From NCBI RefSeq assembly GCF_009914755.1, contig NC_060934.1: a DNA stretch of 64,000 bases, one strand, 5' to 3'. The position numbers were made by a program, and so were the translations under genes. Every line of letters starts with the position of its first letter. Within the stretch, counting starts at the first letter, position 1. Positions 54,759-64,000 of the stretch are shown here, one piece after another. The notes beneath the pieces are model-generated. The model did no database searches and was not told the DNA's origin. It saw only the letters and a list, made by a program, of their open reading frames with translations. The DNA comes from the human T2T-CHM13v2.0 reference genome, Homo sapiens.

Positions 54759-54808
<50 letters not shown>
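54676..54808. repeat. Compound (CT)n(CA)n microsatellite
   Basis: ~100 bp interrupted CT run followed by ~16 CA units. Confidence 0.97.
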
Positions 54809-54812
<4 letters not shown>

Positions 54813-55879
54813 CTAACTTTCTTGCTCTGTCATCCCTCACACACAGAATCCTGTCTGGACCTTGACTTTGCACATCATTTTTTTTTTTTTTTGAGACAGG
54901 GTATTGCTCTGTCACCCAGGCTGGGTACAGTGGTGTGAGCTGAAGCTCAGCTCACTGCAGCTTCAGCCTCTCAGGCTAAAGCAACCCTTCCGCCTCAGCC
55001 TCCCAAAGTGTTGGGACTATAGGCGTGAGCCACTGCACGCAGCCAACACACATCTTAAAAGACCAGAAAGAGGAGAAAGAGGAACTCTATTCTTCCTGAA
55101 TTTAATATAGATCAATTTGGTTGTGGCATTTCCAAATAACTGGATGCTCTGATGTAGCTTGGAATGCTTGGAATATACTTTAGCTTTCTGAACCTGCTTC
55201 TTAAATGCACTGGTCCTCCAAAACCTTGGCATCATTTCCAAGATTCTTTATTCCATGGTTATTACAAAAAAATCTCCTTTCCACAACTCCCACCCCTGGA
55301 TTGCTTGAAATATAGTTTATTTGCAAGTTATTAGTTACATATTTACAGAGTAAAGCAAGAGCATGGATCTTCTGTTGGGTTGTTTGTACTGACTCCTGAC
55401 CTGGTCTCAACACCATTGCAAGACTAGCATCAAGTGCTCATCTCTCAGACTCTTGGTTCTTTCCACCTTGGGATGCCACAGTTGCTACTGGTGTCAGGGA
55501 TGGAAGTGGAGGGCAGTTATCACTTATTGAGCATCTATTATGTGCTGTAGTTAACACCCATTTCACAGATAAGACAACTGAGGCTCAGAGCTAGGATTTC
55601 AATCAGGGCTGTCTGACTCTGAAGCCAGGGCTCTCTCCTCACCGGCTCAGCCCTGCTCTTGGCTAGGACACAGGTCAGTCGTGCACCCTGGGCTGGAGTC
55701 TGGAAAATGGGTAGATCCAAGGGGTCGATGGTTAGTGAGGGCATCAAGACCATAGTGAAAGAAAGAGGGAGTCTCCCTCTACCGGGAGGTTCACTGTCCA
55801 CCACACTCCCAAATGCAGCCGGACACCCCTTGGGCTCCTGGCTCTGGAACAGAAACAGAGAGCAGGCCCTGCGGCCAAG

Positions 55880-56640
55880 AAAGGGGGCGGAGCAGCCATA
55901 GAAAGCGGCTTTGGGCCACCACTCCGGGGATCCCAGGCGTCTGAGGGAACAATCGGTCCGTGCGCCAGGAACCCCTGCTCTGTCTCCGCGTGGCACTTCC
56001 GATCCCCGGCCGCAGGCAGCTGCACTCCCCAGCCGCGCGCCCCGCCCCCGGGCGCCCGGCGCCCCAGCTCCGACCCGCGCCCGGCCCCGCCCCGCCCAGT
56101 GTGCCCACCCCCGGCCCGTCCCGCCGCCCCGTCGCCCGGCTCCCGCGGAGTCCCGGAGCGTCACTGCGCGGGCGGGCTGACCGACCAGCCGGCAGTTGGC
56201 ACCGGGGGCGCTGGCGCGTCAGTGGCCCCGCTCTCCAGCCGGCAGCCTCGCGCGCCCGGAGCCAGCGGTCCAGGCGGCGGCGCCGCGCAGGGGACCCGGA
56301 GCAGGCGGGAGGGAAGCAGCTAGGCGGGGAGGCGGCTGAGGCGGCAGCCAGCCGGTGCTCCGACAGCCCGGGGCGCACCCTAGCCTCGCAGCCCTCAGCC
56401 TGGGACTTGGGGCTCGGGCGCTTGCCCAGCCCGCGTCCCAGCGCGGCCACATGGCTCCACTCCGCGCGCTGCTGTCCTACCTGCTGCCTTTGCACTGTGC
56501 GCTCTGCGCCGCCGCGGGCAGCCGGACCCCAGGTGCGTGCGGGTTGGGCGCGCGGGGGCCCGTGGGGTCCGGGGTGCACGCGGTCAGGGTGGCCCAAGGT
56601 TGCCCCAGCCACCCGGGCAGGGTTCCCGCGGGTGGGAGGC
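55880..56640 (+). promoter_or_regulatory. ADAMTS14: CpG island promoter/5'UTR of ADAMTS14
   Basis: Very high GC and CpG density; GC boxes (~55883, 56041, 56084), ETS motif cacttccg (55994-56001); TATA-less. Confidence 0.9.
56451..56532 (+). CDS. ADAMTS14: ADAMTS14 coding exon 1 (signal peptide)
   Basis: MAPLRALLSYLLPLHCALCAAAGSRTP; 82 nt; donor CAG|GTGCGT, phase 1. Confidence 0.96.
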
Positions 56641-56912
56641 AGTATGCACACTCTGGGCTGATTTGCTGTCTTTTCTTCCACTGTGCCACGGCACTGTCCC
56701 GTGATTTCTCTCCCTTTCTGGTACTAGAAGTAGACAGAGACCCCAGGAGAGAATTTGGGAGCATCGAGTCTCTTCTCGGGAGCAGCGCATCTGTCTCTTT
56801 GTCTCTCTGTGTTTCTTCTTTCCCCTCTTCCCCAATCTGTTTCTCTGTCCTGTGTGTCTTTCTCTTTCAATGTCTTTTCTGTCTCCAACTTGTGTGAGCA
56901 TGGGTGCAAGGG

Positions 56913-56936
56913 GTGTATGTGTGTGTGTGTGTGTGT
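56913..56936. repeat. (GT)n microsatellite in intron 1
   Basis: Direct observation. Confidence 0.9.
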
Positions 56937-58200
56937 GGCTGTTACATACCCAGCATAAGGCTAACAGGTGATTGCCTCCTACAGCAGAGCATGCGGGGCA
57001 CTCACGCTCCTGCACAGAAACACACACCCTTCCACTGCCCCCAACGTAGCACTGTCAAACGCTGTGGACACAGGTCTCTTGCATACAGACCAGTACACTC
57101 CACTCCCGCCCTGCAGCATGGGGTACCCTCCTGGTGGCTCTGAACATGGGGAGGAGTCACCGGTCATTTCCAGGCAGGGTCCCTCCTTGTTTGTGAGCCT
57201 TGTTCATGTGCCAGAGTGGGTCCCCTCTTGCAGCAGTCTTAGGGGTCCTCTGCTATAATGGGGATGAAACTAGAGCTGTGGGCATGGGGGATTTTCAGGA
57301 AACACCACTTTCTATGTTTCATCAGTGACGTGAACTGGGGAGACGAGAGGTAGAGCTGTGTGGAAATGAAAATTCCTCCCAAACTCGCATTCATGAATCA
57401 CCAGGCCTGGAAGCCAGGGAGCTGTCATTCCTGCCCAGCCTGGCTGGGCTCAAGGAGAGCTGCGTGAGGATGGGCCTGCTGGCATGTGGCCTGGAGCATG
57501 GGGCCATGACCTCACAGTTAATTCAGCCCAAGTGGGCAGGTCACCCCCTGTATATCCTTTTATTTTTGAAGATCTATATTTATCCAGCTTGGGGCTCGGC
57601 CATACAGAGATCTCAGCGGCCACTGTCCTCCTGTAAAAAGTTTTCTTTCTAACCTTGGAAAAATAGAGAACCGCTCCCCTCTGCAGCCCCACCTTCTCCT
57701 TGACACGTGCCCATGGTCCCCTGGGTTTCTAGGTGTGTTTGTTTTGCCAGCTGCGTTCTTGGAAGCTTGGGGAGGAGGGCACTACCCCAGCCTGGGCTGG
57801 TGACTTCAGCACACTGGGGAGTTTGGGCAGATCTGCCCTTCCCTTTATTTGCCCTGTTGGCTTTTGGGGAATTTTAGTCCTTTTCTGGGCAGAGCCCAAG
57901 GTCGGAAGTCTTGTTGCTAGTGACCGGGCTCTGTCTGGTATCATTTGCTTTCTTCTGCTAAGTTTAAAAAGGACCTGGGGGCTACAGGGAGTGCCACAAG
58001 GTACCCGAACACCCTTCATCCAAGTGTAGGAATCCTGGAGCTCAGGAAGCAATGGATGGAAAATGGGTGAACTCAGGCTAAGGGGCCCACCTAAGGGTGA
58101 CACTGAGAGTTCCTATCCCTCCCTGCCCGCGTGGGATTTCTGACTTCCCCTTACCTCTGAACCGACTGCATTGAAGTGACTCTTTGTTTACCTCCAACAG

Positions 58201-58640
58201 AGCTGCACCTCTCTGGAAAGCTCAGTGACTATGGTGTGACAGTGCCCTGCAGCACAGACTTTCGGGGACGCTTCCTCTCCCACGTGGTGTCTGGCCCAGC
58301 AGCAGCCTCTGCAGGGAGCATGGTAGTGGACACGCCACCCACACTACCACGACACTCCAGTCACCTCCGGGTGGCTCGCAGCCCTCTGCACCCAGGAGGG
58401 ACCCTGTGGCCTGGCAGGGTGGGGCGCCACTCCCTCTACTTCAATGTCACTGTTTTCGGGAAGGAACTGCACTTGCGCCTGCGGCCCAATCGGAGGTTGG
58501 TAGTGCCAGGATCCTCAGTGGAGTGGCAGGAGGATTTTCGGGAGCTGTTCCGGCAGCCCTTACGGCAGGAGTGTGTGTACACTGGAGGTGTCACTGGAAT
58601 GCCTGGGGCAGCTGTTGCCATCAGCAACTGTGACGGATTG
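58201..58640 (+). CDS. ADAMTS14: ADAMTS14 coding exon 2 (M12B-type prodomain; procollagen N-proteinase subfamily)
   Basis: Acceptor ttacctccaacAG|, 440 nt, in frame with exon 1 (82+440=522=174 codons): ELHLSGKLSDYGVTVPCSTDFRGRFLSH..YFNVTVFGKELHLRLRPN..AVAISNCDGL; donor TTG|GTAAGG. Confidence 0.97.
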
Positions 58641-59775
58641 GTAAGGGATGAGACTTTCATTAAGCTGCATCCTCCCCCTCCCATGCCCTGCTCACATGGT
58701 TTTGAGATTGCTATGGGCATGTTTTGCAGTCTGGGCCAAGGCAGGGGTGGTGCTGCCTTCCAGAGGGAGTGCCGCCTGCCCCCGCGGGCCACTAGGTTCA
58801 TGCGCTGCCAGGTGTGAAGTGGCCAAGTTGGGATGATGTTCACCCCTCGCCTTCCATGGACCCAGCTGGATCACAAGCTGTTTGGCTGGTGTTTCTGAGT
58901 GCAGAGAGACACTGGGGTTGGAAGTGTGGCTGAGCCACTGCCTAGCTGTGAGGATTTGGATGAGTTAACCTCTCTGTGGTTCTTTCCCTTATTTATTTTG
59001 CACATATTTACTGTTCTAGATGCTGGGGGTACAGTGGTGCCTGAGACAGACGTGGCTTCTGCTCTCCTGGAGCTGACCCGCGAGTGTTAATGATATGGCC
59101 TGCCTAACTGGGCAGTGCACTGGGGGCTGTCCCTGCCTGGCTCGTGGCGTGGGCACAGTTAGCGGCTGCTATTATGTCTTGTAACATTGCGACGTCGTGT
59201 CCTTCCTCTTCTCCTCCCTGTCTCTCCTCCCAGAGCCAGCCTGCTCTTTCCGGGCTGCTCTGTGTGTCCCTTTCCTAGGACCCCCACTGCTTCCGCAATG
59301 CTTCCCAGAGTCTGGGAGCGCCTCTGCTAGTTGGCTCCACATTGCAAACCAGAAAGCCATGGGGTGGGCTGTCTTTCTCGCCCCCACCTGGGGTTGGCTC
59401 TCATTCCCCTCGCTGCTCCTCCTCAGTGTGCAGGCCCTTGTGAGCTGGCACAGCAGCCTCAAGGTCCTGTTGGGCAGCTCTTCCCTGCCCCAGAGACATC
59501 AGATGTGAGCTGATGGGTCTCAAGAAGGGGCCCGCTTGCTCCTCTGCCCTTCAGCTTTGAGAGCGAGAAAATTTGAGATGGGGAGGGGTTGTGGGTTCCT
59601 TCCTCACTGGCAGGGTGGGGAGCATTTGTCACCATTGTCTCATGTGTAGGAGATGTCTTATCTGCTGATTTCGTGGCTGCCTCTGTCTAGGCCAGTGCTT
59701 TCCACCTTTTATCATGATGTACCCCTAAATGTTTTAGACATTTCCTCCCAATCATCAGTCTACCCCACGATGAGG

Positions 59776-59947
59776 TTTTTTTTTTTTTTTAGAGGTGGAT
59801 TTTCACTATGTTGCCCAGGCTGGAGTGCAGTGGCTATTCACAGGCACAAACACAGGGCACTGCAGCCTCGAACTCCTGGCCTCCAGCCATCCTTCTGCCT
59901 CCGCATCCCAGGAGCTGGGGCTATAGGTGCTTGTCACTGTGCCTGGC
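59776..59947 (-). mobile_element. FLAM/FAM-type Alu monomer
   Basis: cactatgttgcccaggctggagtgcagtggctattcacagg (7SL-like). Confidence 0.8.
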
Positions 59948-62900
59948 TTTCCTCATGCAATTTTAATACCACAGATATACTGAATATCTGTTTATACACT
60001 GAATATCCATCTGTGTTTTATATATTCAAAGGTGTAATATTTTTGCCTTCCCCAGAATAAATTTTCATCCCATTGAAGGTGGTAGGGCCCTCATGGAGAG
60101 GGCTTATCTACATGGTAGTTGGTTCTCATAGTTGAGCATGCACTAGAATCACCTGAGCACCTTGTCAGGTGCGCAGAATCTGCCTCTCAGGGGAGGGACC
60201 AGGATCTGATCATTACCAAACTCTGCAGGTGAACTGATTCAAGAGTTCCTGAGAGCGGACTTCGAGAAAGCAGATTGTCAGGGCAGCTGGGGGAGCCTAA
60301 GGCCTTGTCAGGTGTCTGGGCTGAGCCTCTGCCGCCAGCCCACTCTGGCTCTGCGGCTCTGTGCCACAGGGGCCCTTGGTCACCCCGCTGGCTAGAGCTA
60401 TGCCATGGCCACAAGTTTTGGTGGAAAATCCCAAGTGATGTTAGGAATCATCCAGGGATACAGTATCCATGCAGGTAGAGAGAAAGTGCTGGTGCAAGCC
60501 AGCAGCTGAACTGAATTAGATGGTGAATTCCTTCTAAAGTCATCACACAGGTAGGCTGTAAGCTCCTCAGTGACAGGGCTAGGGCTCCAGCTTCTCTGAC
60601 TGCCCTCCTGGAGCGAGACACAGAGGAGATGCTCAATATATGGTGAGAACCTAAACTGAGGATGACCGTCGCTAATAATAAGTGACTCCCCACCCCCTTT
60701 GCATCCTGAAAACCTCCCTTGTCATTGAACCAGCTCAGCAGCCCATTGACAAGTAGTGACTGACCACTAGGTGCCACAGGGACCAGGGAGGGCCCTGAAG
60801 GACCCTGAGCTAGCACTCCTGAAGCACGATCACATGGCTACGTGGTGTAGCATATATGGTGACAAGTCTTCATGCTCTGGTTTTGGGGGCTGGCGGATGG
60901 TGGAGGTGGGGCTGTTCAGTGGGCCTGGGGCTGGGGATTCCTCAGAGGGTGTTGCTGATTTTTGGTGGCCTCTGAGTAAATGTTCTCATTAGCTGTGTGA
61001 CCTTGGGCAAGTCACCCCCTCCCCATTTCTGAGCTTTACTCTTCTCATTTGTCCAAAGAGGGACTATACTTGATATTCCCTGGAAGATGGGAATCGATTC
61101 TGTGTGGCATTTGCTGAAGCCGGATCGGGTCTCAGAGGCTGTCCAGGTACAGGCTTCTGGAGGCTTGCTGGGTAGCTGGTATAGAACTGAGGCTCTAGGA
61201 AGTGACTTGCCTGGGTCCCCCTCCCCTTGGTGAGGGGCAGAAATGGACTTCACTGGGCTGAGCTTCAGGCTGGACCACAACATGTACCCTGGCTGTTTCC
61301 AGAGGCCAGTCCTGAAGTCCAGTATCTGGACGCCTCCCCTCCAGGCCCTGGGAGTGGTACTCCCTGACTGCCTTCCACTGGGGCCGCCGGCACAGAGGTC
61401 ACCCCAGGCTGGGATTCCTTGACTTTCCGCCCACTCCAGGAAATGGCCCTGTGTCCCGTGACAGCAAGGGGCTGTGTCCCAGTGACCCAGCTGAGCTCAC
61501 CTTTGGACTCAAAGGCCACGGTGTAGCATTTCTGATAAGATTGAACTCTGCATCTTTACATGGTCTCTGGATTTTAATCCCATATTCTCTAACATCTCAA
61601 ATGCCAAAGTCATTCATTTCAAAAAATTTGTACTGAGTGCTGACCATGGACAAGGTCCACAGGAGATCATAAAGAAAATGAAAGTGACACAGATAATGAC
61701 AGCAACAGTAACGGGTTCTTCCTGTGGCCCAGACACAGCATGCATATGTGTATGTGCTTTTATTAACTCCATCCATTTGCAGATGAGGAAACTGAGTCAT
61801 AGGCGGAGATACGAAGATAATACAGATAGCTTCCATTAGTACAGGACTTTATAGTTTACAAAGCTCTTTTGCTTCCTTCAATCTTCTGAAGTGTGTATGC
61901 AGATATTGTTATTACTCCTGCTTTGCAGAGAGTCAGGTCCCTGTCCTCGAGGAACTTGGGTGCCATGCAGGGGGAAACCCACCAGTAGTTTCAGCATTCA
62001 CTTGGTTTTCTAGAACACAGTGGGGATGGGTGCTCAGTAAATGGGAGTGATTGTTTTCTTTGATGTCAGAGAAGGTGACATTTGAACTGGGCCTTGAAGG
62101 ATGAGTAGAAGTTTGCTGGGGTCAGGGGGTGGGGAGGGCCTTCTGGGCAGGGGGAAGAGCTTGAGCAGGCTAGTGATGGTTGGGCAGAGGAAGGAGCACC
62201 ATGTCAGGTGGGGCTGGGGAGTGGACCCTAGAAGACACGCGGGGCAGGGGGGCTTGGTCTGACCTTGAAGGAAGGGCAGGATGGAAGAAGGGGTGTGGGG
62301 CAGGGATGGGGTAGGTTGCTCTCTTGAAGAGGCTGGGCTGGGAGTTGAGAGATAATGGCTGCGTGACTCTGAGCAAGCTGGCCCCTTCTCTGGGCCTCAG
62401 TTGCCTCCTGGGTGCATTAAGGAAGCTGGAATGTGTAAGCTCAGACCCCTTCCAGCTCTGGCATTGGTGCTTTGTGGCATGGGGCTGACCTTGTTGGAGT
62501 TTGGAGCCAGGCCCCTGTAAACCTGTAGTTGATGGCTCCCTCCTACATTGTGGTTAATTCATGCCTAACACTGGGGTATGGGATACTTTGTCTTACTTCC
62601 CACCCACTGTTATGGAGGGCCTTCTGGGTGTCCTAGCTGTGGGAGGGGAAAGAGAAAGATCCAGGAATGAAAAAGCAGGGCCCTTGCCCTGGAGGGGTTT
62701 GTAGGCTAGTGGGGACCCAGACATAAAAGCAAACTTGAGAATCTAGTGAGAGGCAGCAGGAGAAGGACCTGTTTAGTTTGGTTAGGGCATCTAGGAAGGT
62801 TCCCTGGAGGAGGTAGCAATTGCTCAAGACTGTTCAGACATTATAAACATGAAAGATAGTGCCAGGCCCCTGACCAGCAGAAAGAATGACTGACCCAGCC

Positions 62901-63765
62901 AGTCTTGAGGATGTCCAGGGGCAGGAAATAAGGGATGTGGGGGCGGGGCCTGGTCCTGCCTGCAAAGTGCTTCCTCTGGGGTTGTGGGCAGCTAGCCTGG
63001 GATGCTGTTAGACCTGAGAGTCCCAGACTGGGAATGTGTCCAGTGACCTGACGGGCCACTCTTCAGAGCCACTAACACTCTGCACCTGGGAGGAACATGG
63101 GGTGGGGATCAGTTCTTTGCGGATCCTGGAGAAGTTGTGGCGTGCAAGGTTGGGGTCGGCAGAGTGGGGTCCCTGCTTCTCAGTGGGGCTGCATGCTCAC
63201 TGTGCCCATCTAGAATCCAGGCCACCAGCCTCCTGAAGGGTTGCTTCTCCTACGGCCATCTCTGCCTCCCCAGGCCCTGGGGCCTGATGCCCTGCGACGG
63301 GGTGACGGGAGCTTGGCTGCACCGTGTTTCCCCCTTTGCCTTCAGTGCCTCTGTGAGTCAGGGCCTGGCGCGGAAGCAGCCACACGTGTAAGATTTGTCA
63401 CCATCTGGTTCTGTTTTCCACTCTCTGCAGATCTTGCATTTTTGATGGGTTATACTGAGTAGACCCTGGCAGACGGCTTTGGGAGGGGCAGGGGAGGCTG
63501 CATCCCAGCCCAGCTGCTCACCACTGAACAAGTCACAGAAGCTCCTTCGGCACCTCCCTGTTGTCTTTAAAATGGGACTACAGTGTGGGGTGGGGCGGGG
63601 GGAGTTGAGAACTTCAGGGTAAGGGCCTTCTTTATGGGAGGCTGAAAATATTTTAAAATTGTGGCAGTGGTTACACAATTCTGAGAATATACTAAAAACA
63701 ATTACAATATGCACTTTAAGTGGGTGAATTATATGGTATGTTATATCTCAATAAACCTGTTACTG

Positions 63766-64000
63766 GCTGGGCGCGGTGGCTCATGCCTGTAATCCCAGCA
63801 CTTTGGGAGGCTGAGGCAGGTGGATCACCTGAGGTGGGGAGTTTGAGACCAGCCTGGCCAACATGGAGAAACCCCGCCTCCACTAAAAATACAAAATTAG
63901 CCGGTCATGGTGGGGATGCCTGTAATCCCAGCTACTCAGGAGGTTGAGGCAGGAGAATCGCATCGCTTGAACCCGGGAGGTGGAGGTTGCAGTGAGCCAA
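63766..64000 (+). mobile_element. AluSp-like (truncated by window end)
   Basis: ggctgggcgcggtggctcatgcctgtaatccc. Confidence 0.93.

Noticed and set aside
55538-56897. Long ORFs (208, 296, 233, 180 aa) over the promoter
   Set aside because: Stop-poor CpG island artefacts; only 56451-56532 is bounded by ATG and a splice donor and matches ADAMTS14
58641-58817. C-terminal extension of the 213-aa ORF
   Set aside because: Intronic read-through beyond strong donor GTAAGG; likewise 58176-58200 is the acceptor tract
60761-60779. CTCF-like TGACCACTAGGTGCCAC
   Set aside because: Mismatch in the core GGC; unsupported without ChIP data

Overview
Human/primate genomic DNA. The only protein-coding gene supported is the 5' end of ADAMTS14 (+ strand): CpG-island promoter (~55.9-56.6 kb), coding exon 1 (56451-56532, signal peptide) and exon 2 (58201-58640, prodomain). 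The preceding ~55 kb is intergenic (from recollection, the PRF1-ADAMTS14 interval on 10q22; PRF1 itself is not in the window) and dominated by transposable elements: an 18-kb nested stack inside one ancient L1 (ERV1 LTRs, solo LTR7, LTR10F, Tigger2 carrying an SVA), a full-length but dead L1PA6/7 with an open ORF0 pointing at ADAMTS14, an internally deleted HERV-S/HERVL18 provirus with a pol-env deletion junction, full-length Tigger1 with an internal inverted self-copy, MER11, MER50 and ~30 Alus. Most ORFs in the track are repeat-derived noise. I found no convincing novel multi-gene system; the best leads are regulatory (tandem STAT5/AP-1 element at ~2.1 kb, TE-donated AP-1 enhancers, L1 antisense promoter/ORF0, a signal-peptide-less Met68 start) and small template-switch rearrangements. 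Repeat family names are from recognition of consensus sequences by memory and need RepeatMasker/Dfam confirmation.
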